From NCBI GenBank assembly GCA_965198115.1, contig OZ240241.1:2528001-2592000 (forward strand): DNA of 64,000 nucleotides. Direction: 5' to 3'. Origin of the DNA: Candidatus Latescibacterota bacterium (lineage in GTDB: Bacteria > Latescibacterota > UBA2968). A program made the position numbers and the translations under genes. Of this stretch, positions 20,801-30,311 are shown piece after piece (position 1 is the first letter of the stretch; the number at the start of each line of letters is the position of its first letter). The notes under the pieces are model-generated. The model ran no database searches. It had not been told where the DNA came from and worked only from the letters and a program-made list of their open reading frames with translations.

Positions 20801-22655
20801 CTCGGACGCCATCGGGACACGGATCGAGTTGGTCTACGGTCGGACGAACCGTCTGATCCGCGAGATCACCGGCGGCACATCCTTCCTCTCACAGGACGCT
20901 CTTTGTGCCGCCTTCGGTCTGGCCGACGCACTGAGCATCGATACGCTCACCGTTCGCTGGCCCAGTGGCATCGTCCAGCGAACCGAAGGCTCGAACATTC
21001 CCGTCAACAGCGTCTACCCGATCGTCGAACAGGCGCCGCCACCGCCAGTCGCGGTCCTCGTGGCGACAACCACCACCGCACTCGTCGCTAACGGCGTCGC
21101 CGAGACCGAAATCACGGCAACCGTCCTCGATGTCAACGGCGACATCTCTCTCATCAGCGATCGAGACGTGAGATTCACTCTGGACTTCAATGTCGGTGAA
21201 ATCCTCGAACCATCGATCGTTCGTCTCCGAGACGGTGTCGCAAACGCCCGATACCGGGCCGGGGAGATACCTGCGCCGATTTCGATCGTCGTACAGGTCG
21301 ATGGCATTCCTGTCGAAACGATCGTGATCGAGCTCCTACGCGGGGTCCAAGATGCCGACACCTTCATCGAAACGATTGCGGGAACGGGAAGTACCGGGTT
21401 CAGCGGCGATGGTGGCCCCGCGACCGACGCTCAACTTCGACTTCCACGGGCCGTCGCAACCGATGACACGGGAATCATCTACATCGCCGATTCTGGAAAC
21501 AACCGTGTCCGCCAGGTCGGCATCGATGGTACGATCTCCCTGCTCGCCGGAACAGGCATCGTCGCCCTCGCGGGATTCGATGGCACCGACGGACCAGCCA
21601 TCGAGGCGCCTGTCAGCAACCCGTTCGGTCTCGCTCTTCTACCAGATGGAAGCCTGCTCATCAGCGAGTTCGGCGGTCATGAAGTCCGACGCATCGAGAT
21701 GGACGAATTCCGTTTCATTCGGGATTTCGCGGGGCGGGGCGTCGATGCGTTCGGGGGTGACGGAGGGCCCGCGACTCTGGGTAACCTCAGATCGCCGGCT
21801 GGAATCACCGTAGACAGCCTCGGCAATACGTACATCGCCGAGCAGTTCAACTTCCGCGTGCGTCGCATCGATGTCGACGGCATCATCAACACGGTCGCCG
21901 GGTCTTTCGACACGGGATTCGGGGGCGATGGTTTCGAAGCGACGACCGCTCGGCTGAATCAACCAACGGGTGTCGCCATCGACACCGCCGGAAACATCTA
22001 CATCGCCGATCAGGCCAATCACCGCGTGCGGCGCGTGAACGTCGACGGGGTGATCCAGACAATCGCAGGTACAGGCGAAAATGACTTTGGCGGAGACGGC
22101 GGACCGGGCGTTTTCGCGCCGCTCAGCGCGCCCAGAGACGTCGCTATCGACGCCGGCAACCGACTGTATGTCTCGGACTCGGGGAACGACCGGGTACGCG
22201 TGATCGATCTGGGCACGGGTGTCATCCAGACCGTGGCAGGATCTGGATCCAGGGGCAGCACGGGTAATCAGGGCACGGCACTCGGCTTCAGTCTCGACGA
22301 CCCGAGCGGTCTCGCGGTGGCACCCGACAGTTCCCTGCTCATCGCCGATGCCGGAAACGATCGCATCCTGCGTCTGCGTGTCGACTATTTTGGAGATTCG
22401 CCATCGATCGAGCCCCCACCCGGAGGGACGCTCGCCGGCGATTTTACGGGGGACGGTCTGGTCAACTTCAGCGACTTTCTACTGTTCGCCCCCGCCTTCG
22501 GTTCCAGCAGCGATGGCTTCGACATCGATGGAGACGGCTTCGTGGGATTCTCCGATTTCCTCTTGTTTGCAGATGCATTCAGCGCAGGCCTGACCGGTGG
22601 TGGCAGCAGGGCGAAGCCCGTTCCGACCGGCCTGTTGGTCGATAGTGTCCGCTGA
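17880..22655 (+). CDS. Giant secreted repeat protein: NHL propeller, 2 ASH/choice-of-anchor-D Ig domains, FG-GAP/CRTAC1 + ASPIC/UnbV, Ig-like, NHL propeller, paired EF-hand/dockerin-like tail; start codon uncertain
   Basis: Signal peptide (WLVAALLLLLFLGEAEAQ), repeated GDGGPAT/YIAD..NHRVR units, about 7 (A)WxDYDxDGDxDL(Y/F)V repeats, AIGTRI..RWPSG, and C-terminal DFTGDGLVNFSDF..DIDGDGFVGFSDF. Confidence 0.88.
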   Translation: MNTHSHTRWLVAALLLLLFLGEAEAQVDPDSLGVIVTIAGGGVDSLSEDIPATDALLDVPLGISVDVNGHIFITETGNHRIRRIDAVTGNITTVAGSGTLGNSGDGGPATAAQFSRPQGVAVHSSGDIYIGDTGNRVVRRVDAATGLIETFVGSGQLGEVPAGVAIPRELASFSEIVDVWTTEGALFVADGALAGGGGNNIIIQAEFDSLDVVRIAGTGNAEFSGDGSAAIDAGMSVEQIKTALDFFLFADFLNHRVRQLEVVVPEGDSIPVAQISTIAGRGLTFGDILSGFTFSGDGGPATDARLNFPSGIAADETGRVYIADSQNQRVRAIELDGTIVTLAGTGDFLSDGDGQLGFLAPVENPARLALDLNGDLLVVEPIGGRIRKIIDPTFRSAFLEIARTEINFGQASLGIGKVDTLLIQNFGNKVLNIADVSSDNERFSVPLELPAEVLPNEIFRIPLRFDPDAQDPVFGELILQTDDPFRPTIPIAVQGAGIVPDADLLPLSASFEQTFTDETRTQSFRLTNVDQGLLMLDGIALSDTTNFSVTFSDSTAPSGDVITISVVFQPTIDGQIDGTMIVRTNDPDEPTFTVSLTGFGRIGKPGGFLDVSSTMGVGDAGAAFGVSWADYDRDGDSDLYVVRSMQTNLLYRNNQGAFAEIGAAVGVNGSGDGSGAAWADYDRDGDLDLYVTNFSQPNRLYRNDGGVFSDVATTAGVDDNGDGYGAAWGDYDNDGDPDLYVANFGPNVFYRNVGGQFEEIADQLGVADSSSGVQPVFSDFDNDGDVDLFLANSGPNRYWVNVEGTFVDSISIFFPADDGPSFGAAVGDYNNDGLMDLYVPYFGEPNRLYENSGNAFNDVGLALSINDNSRSRGAVWADFNNDGWLDIFVTNSGQPNRVYRSEGLVGGNVVFTEVAEEFGTDTVADSRGVALSDFDGDGGLDLFVAVQGGPDKLFQNQEADGNWILISPRGTVSSSDAIGTRIELVYGRTNRLIREITGGTSFLSQDALCAAFGLADALSIDTLTVRWPSGIVQRTEGSNIPVNSVYPIVEQAPPPPVAVLVATTTTALVANGVAETEITATVLDVNGDISLISDRDVRFTLDFNVGEILEPSIVRLRDGVANARYRAGEIPAPISIVVQVDGIPVETIVIELLRGVQDADTFIETIAGTGSTGFSGDGGPATDAQLRLPRAVATDDTGIIYIADSGNNRVRQVGIDGTISLLAGTGIVALAGFDGTDGPAIEAPVSNPFGLALLPDGSLLISEFGGHEVRRIEMDEFRFIRDFAGRGVDAFGGDGGPATLGNLRSPAGITVDSLGNTYIAEQFNFRVRRIDVDGIINTVAGSFDTGFGGDGFEATTARLNQPTGVAIDTAGNIYIADQANHRVRRVNVDGVIQTIAGTGENDFGGDGGPGVFAPLSAPRDVAIDAGNRLYVSDSGNDRVRVIDLGTGVIQTVAGSGSRGSTGNQGTALGFSLDDPSGLAVAPDSSLLIADAGNDRILRLRVDYFGDSPSIEPPPGGTLAGDFTGDGLVNFSDFLLFAPAFGSSSDGFDIDGDGFVGFSDFLLFADAFSAGLTGGGSRAKPVPTGLLVDSVR

Positions 22656-23268
22656 AGTCATCGCACCGAACCCGCAGAACCACGCTCGGGCGGCCGAATG
22701 TTTGAGAGCCGGAGGTGTGGTCGTTTACCCCACCGAAACCGTCTACGGAATCGGCGTCGACCCGTACAATGACGAAGCCATAGAGCGGGTTTTCACCCTC
22801 AAGGGCCGGGAGGAAACCCAGGCGCTCCTCGTTCTGATCGCCTCCGAGGGCCAACTCGATGGCCTGGTCTCGACCATTCCACCCGACGCCAGAAGTCTCG
22901 TCAATTCTTTCTGGCCAGGCCCGCTGACCCTCGTCCTCCCAGCGCACGACGACCTTCCAGGTCTCCTGACGGGCGGGCGGGCTACGGTTGCCGTTCGACA
23001 GACGGCCTCACCCGTCGCAGCCACCCTCATCGATCGTCTCGGCCGACCGATCACCGGTACGAGCGCCAACCGATCCGGCCATCCACCCGCGCTCTCGGCC
23101 GAGGACGCCGCGGCCACGCTCGGCGAAGACGTCGACCTGATCCTCGATGGCGGCCGGTCTTCAACCACGACCCCGTCGACCCTCGTCGATGCCTCCACCT
23201 CCGCGGTTTCGGTCCTGCGACGCGGCCCCATCACGGAAACCGCCATCCACGATGCATTGAAGATCTGA
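22645..23268 (+). CDS. tsaC: L-threonylcarbamoyladenylate synthase (Sua5/YrdC/TsaC)
   Basis: YPTETVYG, KGR, FWPGPLTLVL, TSANRSG and PSTLVD. Confidence 0.95.
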   Translation: MSAEVIAPNPQNHARAAECLRAGGVVVYPTETVYGIGVDPYNDEAIERVFTLKGREETQALLVLIASEGQLDGLVSTIPPDARSLVNSFWPGPLTLVLPAHDDLPGLLTGGRATVAVRQTASPVAATLIDRLGRPITGTSANRSGHPPALSAEDAAATLGEDVDLILDGGRSSTTTPSTLVDASTSAVSVLRRGPITETAIHDALKI

Positions 23269-23353
23269 CCCCACCAACGATAAACCGCCCGACGCAAAAA
23301 AGCATCGAGCGGTCGCCCCCGAGTCTCGGATCCCGGGTCACGGTTCACGAATC

Positions 23354-24920
23354 TCAAATATCGATCTGATCCGGGCGGAGAGCTTCCGCCGCGTATTTCG
23401 TCACCACCTCACCATCTTTCAGCACATCCACGATCCGCTCGTCCAATTCTCCGTCCTCAACCATGAAATTCAGGATCTTCAGCGCCTGGGAAAGAGACAT
23501 CGGCTTGCGATACGGTCGATCGGGTGCCGTCAAAGCTTCAAAGACGTCGGCCACCGCAAGAATTCGTGCCTGAAGGGCCAACTGATCGGCACTCAGCCCC
23601 TGCGGATACCCTTGACCGTTCAGTTTTTCGTGGTGCCCCCCTGCGTATTGAGGAACGTTGCTCAGCGTTTTCGAAAAAGGCAGCTGGGAGAGCATTTTAA
23701 TGCTTACGGCTGCGTGATTGTTGATCACCTGACGTTCTTCATCCGTCAAGGTACCCTTCCGGATCGACAGATTCTCGAGTTCGTCTTCCGACAGGGCCGC
23801 TACTTCCTCGCCGTTCACGGACTCGTTGTTGTGCAACCTGCTTCAGACGCTCAATATCGTCGTCGGCCATGAATTCGCCGCCTGTGTTACACCCCGTGAT
23901 GAACGCGAGCTCTTCTTCCAACCTTTCCCTCTCGCGTTGGAGGTCGCTGTCGACCTCATCAGGATCTTCGCCGAGCTGCCGCAGGCGTCCCCTCAGTACG
24001 GAAATCTCAGCATCCCGCTTCATCAGTTCCCACCGGACTCGAACCGTTTCGATCCGGTCGGAGATCGTCTCCAGCTTCGTGGACTTGTCGACCACATACT
24101 CAGGTGTCGTAATCTTGCCGACATCGTGCATCCACGCGGCGATCCTCAACTCGTTCAGCTCCTCGTCGCTGAACCGGACCTCCGCCAATGGGCCGTCAGC
24201 ACATCGGTTGATTTCTTGGGCAATCTCCATCGTTAGGTGGGCAACCCGGCGAACGTGTCCGGCGGTGTAGGGCGACTTTTCATCGATGGCGGTAGCCGTC
24301 GCCTCGATGAACGAATCGAACAGATCCTGAAGGTCGATGATGAGTTGCACGTTCGTCAACGCAACGGCGGCCTGCGAAGCCAACGAGATCACGAGATCCT
24401 CGAACTCAGTCGAGAACGCGATCACCTCCTGGTTCTCGTCGGATGCGTTGATCAGCTGAAGGACACCGATGATGTCGTCCTCGTGATTTCTCATGGGCAC
24501 GACCAGCATCGACCTCGATCGATACCCGGCGGTCTCGTCGTAGACACGCGTACCCGAAAAGTCAAAACCCTCTGCTTCGTAAACATCGGGAATATTGACG
24601 GTATCGCCTGTGTTCGCTACGTGAGCAGACACGTTCGATTGATTCGGTCGACTTTCGATCGAAAGAGGAACAGGGGGAAGGTTGATGGACTCGCCCGAGG
24701 TTCCGCCCTTTCGCGTGCCCATCGTGTCGTTCTGGAGGATCTTCCAATCCAGATGCCGGCCGTCGGAGCTCACGACATAAAGCGTACCGCCGTCGGCCAG
24801 CGTGAGCCGTCGGGATTCGTCCACGATCATCTCGAGCAGAACATCGATGTCCCGCTCACTCGAAAGTGCGATTCCGATCCGGACCAGATTCTGGATCTGA
24901 GTTTTGAGGTCTCTGTTCAT
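23354..24920 (-). CDS. GAF + HD-GYP cyclic dinucleotide phosphodiesterase; frameshift near 23830
   Basis: GAF domain (YRSRSMLVVPM..GVLQLIN), SPYTAGH, MHDVGK, HHEKLNGQGYP, ADVFEALT and RPYRK. Confidence 0.92.
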
Positions 24921-25018
24921 TGGGGGGTCTCCGAGAACAGGTATCAGTGTACATCCTCGGAAAGGAGGCTGTCAAGAGACAGCCAAACGTCCTGCGGTTC
25001 TGCCGGAGAGATACAGCC

Positions 25019-25591
25019 TCAGTCTGCGGATCGTCCCTTGAAAACGTCGAGCCGATCGCGTGGAGCGATCGACCGATTCTGCAATAGCTGACGAAGCACC
25101 TTCGAGCTCGCGTCGAGGCCGAGCAACATCTTCGTATAGTCGCCCCCAGCCGATGCGTCGCGTATTTGGCGCCGCTCGGCGGGCGAGAATTCCGTCGGCC
25201 CACCCAATCCCCCCGTCATTCGACTGGCGAACACCGAAGGATTCGGACGAAACTCGTCGTCGATGCGAGACCGTTCGGTGTCCGTGAATTCCGTCATCCG
25301 CTCCAGGTCGGCCATCACACGTGCGCTGAACCGAGACGCGGCCGTCATCCTGGCGCTGACCTCGGCGGAATGCGCCGAGCGCCGTCCGACCGATCCTCGT
25401 TCGTCCCCTCGAACCACCGTCCGACGCTGCAATGAGCGGCGTACATCGGCCGCGTGTGTGGCCGAACGGAGCAGGGCCTCCAGATCGTTCGCGGACAGCG
25501 TCGATCCGTTTCGGATCTGTTCGCCGACGCCTGCCCCGGCCGCGCTCGCGAACAGGCCCGTCGTCAGCAGAAGGACGCAGGCTCGTTTCAA
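25019..25591 (-). CDS. Hypothetical secreted protein
   Basis: Signal-peptide-like N-terminus. The TTG start overlaps the recD2 stop and follows a GGAGG RBS. Confidence 0.6.
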   Translation of the reverse strand: MKRACVLLLTTGLFASAAGAGVGEQIRNGSTLSANDLEALLRSATHAADVRRSLQRRTVVRGDERGSVGRRSAHSAEVSARMTAASRFSARVMADLERMTEFTDTERSRIDDEFRPNPSVFASRMTGGLGGPTEFSPAERRQIRDASAGGDYTKMLLGLDASSKVLRQLLQNRSIAPRDRLDVFKGRSAD

Positions 25592-27747
25592 CGTGTTTCC
25601 TCCCTATCCAACGCGGGAAGCCTTGCCCCAAGCGTCGTGAATCGTTCCGCAACGGCGTTGTTTTTAACGGCCATAGCCAGCGCCTTTTTCGAACCCACCA
25701 TCACCACGAGCTCCCGGGCACGCGTGATCGCCGTGTAGATGAGATTGCGCTGCAGCATCACATAGTGTTGGGTCGTCACGGGCATCACCACCGCACGAAA
25801 CTCGGATCCCTGGCTCTTGTGGACGCTGATCGCGTAGGCCAGCACGACCTCATCCAGGTCCCCGAAATCGTAGGTTACGTGGCGATCGCCAAAGGCAATC
25901 GCGACCTCCTGATCCGTCGGCCGTATGTCACTCACTCGACCGATGTCTCCGTTGTAGACATCCTTGTCGTAGTTGTTCCTGATCTGCATGACCTTGTCGC
26001 CACGTCGTAGGCGGAGCTGGCCACGCACAAGCTCCTGACCGCTTCCGTTCAGCCGATCCTGGAGCTGTTCGTTCAGGGCATTCGCACCGGTCTCGCCCCT
26101 GTACATGGGCGAAAGCACCTGAATGTCCTCGATCGGGTCCAGACCGTAGCGTCCGGGGAGCCTCTCCGCGCAAAGATCTCCGATCGTTCGAGAGACGTCC
26201 TCCGGCGAATTCGATTCCAGAAAGAAGAAATCCGATTCACGGCTATGAGTGAGATCGGGCACATCGCCCTGGTTGATCTCGTGGGCGCTCATCACGATCC
26301 GACTCGACTGGGCCTGGCGGAAAATTTGGTCCAAACGAACGGTGGCCACCACACCCGAAGCGATGACATCTCGCAGCACGCTGCCGGGGCCCACCGACGG
26401 TAACTGGTCCGTATCCCCCACAAGAACGATCGACGCGCTCACCGGAACCGCCCGCAGAAGGCTGTTCATGAGCACGACATCCACCATAGAGATCTCATCG
26501 ACAACAATCGCGTCGATCTCCAATGGATTCTCGAAATCGTGGTCGAATCCGCCCCCGGGTCGAAAACCGAGGAGACGGTGGATGGTGCTCGCCACGTGTC
26601 CAGTGGCTTCCTGCATCCTCTTGGCCGCTCTGCCGGTAGGCGCCGCCAGCGCGATTCGCTTCTTTCTCGCTTCGAGCAGCCACAACAGCCCTCGCACTGT
26701 CGTCGTCTTGCCCGTTCCAGGACCACCTGTCAAGACCAGACCGTTGTGCGTGAGGGCCTTGATGAGCGCCTCCCGCTGGCGTCCTGCGAACGTAACACCG
26801 TGACGGGCCTGCATGGCTTCGATCTCGGCATCCACATCGCCCGTCTCGATGCGGCTGATCTGACTGCTCTGGTAGAGTCGGGTCGCTACCCCCTTCTCTG
26901 CATAATAGAGCGGCGGAAGGTAAACACGCGACTCCTCCTCGACGACCTCCTCGTTCTCAACGAGACGTCCCAGACCCGATTCGACGAGGTCGGCTCCCAC
27001 GTCCAGTGCACTCGAGGTCTGCTCGACCGCGATTTCGCGTGGCAGGTAGACGTGACCCTGATCGTCTGACGCCGTCGACAGAACGTGGCGGATTCCGGCG
27101 TCGACGCGCGTATCCGAGTCACGTGCGATCCCCAACTTCTGGGCAATCCGATCGGCCGTCTGAAATCCGATTCCCCAGACGTCGCTCGACAGCCGATACG
27201 GGTTCTCACGCAAAAGCGGCACAGCCTTTTGGCCGTACCGCTTCCAGATCTTGACGGCGTTTCCAGTCGCCACATCGTGTGACTGAAGGAACACCATCAC
27301 GCCGTGTATCTCCCGCTGGGCCTTCCACGCGGCCGTGATCATGCGCGCCCGCTTGGGCCCGAGCCCTTCCACTTCCTTCAAACGGCCCGGCTCGTGTTCG
27401 ATCACGCCTAGAGCGTCTTTACCGAAGCGCTCGACGATCCGTTTGGCCATCACGGGCCCGATGCCCTTGATCAGCCCCGAACCCAGGTAGCGTCGAACCC
27501 CGTCTACCGTCGACGGATGCACCGTCTCGTAGCGATCGATCTTGAACTGGCGCCCGTATTCGGCGTGTGAGCCCCAGTCCCCCTCCATCACCACGCTCTC
27601 GCCCGCCGCCAGCGACAACGTCTCGCCCACGACAGTCACCAGCCTTGCCCGTTCGGACCCCTCTTCCGGTCGGAGTCGCGCGACGGTGAACCCCGTCTCC
27701 TCGTTCTGGAACGTGATGCGCTCGATCGTGCCTTTCAGCCTGGCCAT
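25588..27747 (-). CDS. recD2: ATP-dependent RecD-like DNA helicase RecD2
   Basis: YLGSGLIKGIGP HhH motif, LTGGPGTGKTT, APTGRAAKR, VDE.SM and AYAISVHKSQGSEF. Confidence 0.97.
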   Translation of the reverse strand: MARLKGTIERITFQNEETGFTVARLRPEEGSERARLVTVVGETLSLAAGESVVMEGDWGSHAEYGRQFKIDRYETVHPSTVDGVRRYLGSGLIKGIGPVMAKRIVERFGKDALGVIEHEPGRLKEVEGLGPKRARMITAAWKAQREIHGVMVFLQSHDVATGNAVKIWKRYGQKAVPLLRENPYRLSSDVWGIGFQTADRIAQKLGIARDSDTRVDAGIRHVLSTASDDQGHVYLPREIAVEQTSSALDVGADLVESGLGRLVENEEVVEEESRVYLPPLYYAEKGVATRLYQSSQISRIETGDVDAEIEAMQARHGVTFAGRQREALIKALTHNGLVLTGGPGTGKTTTVRGLLWLLEARKKRIALAAPTGRAAKRMQEATGHVASTIHRLLGFRPGGGFDHDFENPLEIDAIVVDEISMVDVVLMNSLLRAVPVSASIVLVGDTDQLPSVGPGSVLRDVIASGVVATVRLDQIFRQAQSSRIVMSAHEINQGDVPDLTHSRESDFFFLESNSPEDVSRTIGDLCAERLPGRYGLDPIEDIQVLSPMYRGETGANALNEQLQDRLNGSGQELVRGQLRLRRGDKVMQIRNNYDKDVYNGDIGRVSDIRPTDQEVAIAFGDRHVTYDFGDLDEVVLAYAISVHKSQGSEFRAVVMPVTTQHYVMLQRNLIYTAITRARELVVMVGSKKALAMAVKNNAVAERFTTLGARLPALDREETR

Positions 27748-27757
27748 ACGCCCGCCA

Positions 27758-28948
27758 TCACGATGCCTGGTAGACCACCCGCCCCTTCACCACCGTCCCG
27801 ACCACGTCCAGCTTTTCCTGACCCGGTTCCCATCGAAAGAGGCTGAGCGTCGCTTCCTTCCCCACCTCCACCGATCCGATTCGATCCTCTTGGCCGAGGA
27901 GACGCGCCGGGTTGCGCGTAGCCAGGGCAACGGCGTCCTCGAGAGTTGCATCCGTGTGGGTCACGATGTTCGGGATTCCACTATCCAGGAAGAGCGCGGC
28001 ACCCGCCAGATAGGGAGTGCCCGCGAGAGCGATCTTGCCGTTCGGAAGGAGTTCGCGGTCACTGTCGCCATACTCTTTCCCGTAGAAACCCGCCGGAAGA
28101 CCCGCGATCGAAGCCACATCGCTCACCACACAGATTCGATCCTGACCTTTAGTGCGGTAAAACGCTTTCAACACTGCCGGAGGGAGATGATGTCCGTCTG
28201 GAATGATCCCCGCCCAGAGGTCATCCGCAGCCAACTGCTCCCAAATGTAGTTCGGATGACGGGGCATCATCGCGTGCGCTCCGTTCCCCAGATGCGTGGA
28301 CATCCGTGCTCCCGCCGCCACGGCCTCCCTGATTCGTTCCGGAGCCGCCCCCGAGTGCCCGATCGAGATCACAACGCCCGTGGCCACCGCCTTTTCGATA
28401 AACTCGAGAGACCCATCCCGCTCCGGCGCCAGGGTAAAAATGCAGATGCGTCCCCCTGCGGCCTCCTGGTAGCGCTGGAACTCATCCCAGTCGGGGTCAC
28501 GCGTATGCTCCAACGGGTGGGCGCCACGTGGGCCGTCCTCCGACGCGATGTAAGGTCCTTCTACGTGAATCCCCAGAAAAGTGGAGTCGGCATCCTCCGA
28601 TTCTTCGCATGCACGGGCGATCAACGACAGACCTTGCAGGGCATCCTTCGCCGAGGACGTCGTGACTGTCGGGCACCACCGTGCCGTCCCCGTCTTGTAC
28701 ATCCACTCGGTCGTCTCGATCACTTGCTCAACGGTCAGATCTTCAGCCTTGTAGTTGATCCCGCCTACCCCGTTGACCTGCACGTCGCAGATCCCCGGAG
28801 AGATCCAAACATCTTCACCGCCAAGGCCGTTTGACGCTTCGGCCCCTTCCTCTATGCGGTCGATCTTGCCGTCTGCTTCGAAAACATTGACCAGAGTCCC
28901 ACTGCCAAGCATTTTTCCTCGAATGACCATCCTGTCTCCCTGTGACAC
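27758..28948 (-). CDS. nagA: N-acetylglucosamine-6-phosphate deacetylase-like amidohydrolase
   Basis: PGICDVQVNG, GIHVEGPY..GAHP, TLAPE, IGHS, THLGNG, DGHHL and ATRNPA. Confidence 0.85.
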   Translation of the reverse strand: MSQGDRMVIRGKMLGSGTLVNVFEADGKIDRIEEGAEASNGLGGEDVWISPGICDVQVNGVGGINYKAEDLTVEQVIETTEWMYKTGTARWCPTVTTSSAKDALQGLSLIARACEESEDADSTFLGIHVEGPYIASEDGPRGAHPLEHTRDPDWDEFQRYQEAAGGRICIFTLAPERDGSLEFIEKAVATGVVISIGHSGAAPERIREAVAAGARMSTHLGNGAHAMMPRHPNYIWEQLAADDLWAGIIPDGHHLPPAVLKAFYRTKGQDRICVVSDVASIAGLPAGFYGKEYGDSDRELLPNGKIALAGTPYLAGAALFLDSGIPNIVTHTDATLEDAVALATRNPARLLGQEDRIGSVEVGKEATLSLFRWEPGQEKLDVVGTVVKGRVVYQAS

Positions 28949-29007
28949 GCCCTTCCAATCGCTGATACAAAATAGAATCAGTCGACAGATGGTGCAAGAT
29001 GGGACAC

Positions 29008-29253
29008 TCAGACCTCGAAACGCGCGCTCAGCTGTCGTGCGACTTCTTCGGGCGATCCTTCCAACGTCATACGCTCAGACCACTCCCACCCATCCAGGTA
29101 AGCTTCAGAATCCGTCACGCCCTCCTGCATCGCCACCCGATCGATCCGCTCCTGGTAGACTTCTGGGAGTTTGTAGGATCGCGCCCGTTTGCCGTCGTAG
29201 ACGCGGAATTGCGCAGGGATGTCACGCCAGTGTAGAATCTGATAGTCGGCCAT
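29008..29253 (-). CDS. Small 'virulence factor'-domain protein (PF13769-like, found near split methionine synthase/MTHFR loci)
   Basis: ILHWRDIPAQ...IDRVAM..G...EAYL..W signature. Last gene of the corrinoid cluster. Confidence 0.75.
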   Translation of the reverse strand: MADYQILHWRDIPAQFRVYDGKRARSYKLPEVYQERIDRVAMQEGVTDSEAYLDGWEWSERMTLEGSPEEVARQLSARFEV

Positions 29254-29302
29254 TCGAGTGGGCGGTGAGCGGTCGGCCGTAGGCGGTCTCTACAGTTTCG
29301 CG

Positions 29303-30304
29303 CTATTTCCCTTCGTTTCGATCGAGTGCGACGCGGAAGCTGGCGATGTGGTCCGGGCCGGTTCCGCAGCACCCGCCGACAATCGAGGCACCCTCTGATA
29401 CCAGAGCAGCGAGATCGAGCGCCATGTCGTCCGGTGTTTGGGAATAGGTCGTTTCCATCTCCTTATTCAGTGTCGGCATCCCCGCATTGGGATAGGCGAC
29501 GATACGGTCGGGGCCTTCGCGGCCGGCAATCGCCTCCTTGGTCTGGCGGGTCCCCTCGATCGCGTAGGCCATACCGGTATGCTCGACAAGCTGCGTCTCG
29601 GCACCGCAGTTCAGACCCACTACGTCGACATACGGCAGCAAATTTTCGCCATCGGAGAACTTTCCCGAGGCAAGCGCATCGATCAACGTCTGCGGAGAAT
29701 GCCCCCAGTCGGTTCGGTAAACGATGTCCCCGGTCTTCCGGTCCTTCGTGCTCTTGTAAGTCATACTGACCGCGATCGGCAGACCGTGTCTGCGCGCCTC
29801 ATCCACTGCAATCGCAGCTTCGTTCGCCGAAAACTGCGTCTCGATCATGAAAAAGTCGACGCCACCCTCGGCCAATGCTCCGGAAAGCCGCGCGTGGGCG
29901 TCACGAACCTTCTCGTTTGCAATGCCGAACACGGTATCGCCGCTATCCGCCTCGATGGCCCCAGGGGATGGCCCTATCGACCCACCGACGTAGACGTCCG
30001 CACCACTCGCATCCACCGCCTTCCGCGCGTGCTCGGCCGCCTGCCGCGCGATGTCGTCGGCCGCCGAGCCCGTTCGATCGGCCATCTCCAGATGAAGCGC
30101 ACTTGCCACGAACGTGTTCGTCCCCACGGCCTCCGACCCGGCGTCGATGTAAGCCCTGTGTATCTCCCGAACCGCGTCGGGATGGGAGTCGTTCGCGATC
30201 GTGCTGTTGACCAGCTCGATCCCTCTTGCGAACAGCTGAGATCCGAATCCGCCATCGTAGAGCAGCGGCCGAGAATCGGTCAATCGCTCCCTGAATACTC
30301 GCAT
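29303..30304 (-). CDS. Stand-alone homocysteine S-methyltransferase (MetH Hcy-binding domain)
   Basis: LYDGGFGSQL, IHRAYIDAGS..TNTF, GGSIGP, Zn ligands GLNCG and GGCCGT, and YPNAG. Confidence 0.92.
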   Translation of the reverse strand: MRVFRERLTDSRPLLYDGGFGSQLFARGIELVNSTIANDSHPDAVREIHRAYIDAGSEAVGTNTFVASALHLEMADRTGSAADDIARQAAEHARKAVDASGADVYVGGSIGPSPGAIEADSGDTVFGIANEKVRDAHARLSGALAEGGVDFFMIETQFSANEAAIAVDEARRHGLPIAVSMTYKSTKDRKTGDIVYRTDWGHSPQTLIDALASGKFSDGENLLPYVDVVGLNCGAETQLVEHTGMAYAIEGTRQTKEAIAGREGPDRIVAYPNAGMPTLNKEMETTYSQTPDDMALDLAALVSEGASIVGGCCGTGPDHIASFRVALDRNEGK

Positions 30305-30311
30305 ACAGTCC

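Noticed and set aside
29008-29253. Pathogenicity role implied by the 'virulence factor' domain name
   Set aside because: The name is historical, and the context here is cobalamin/methionine metabolism.
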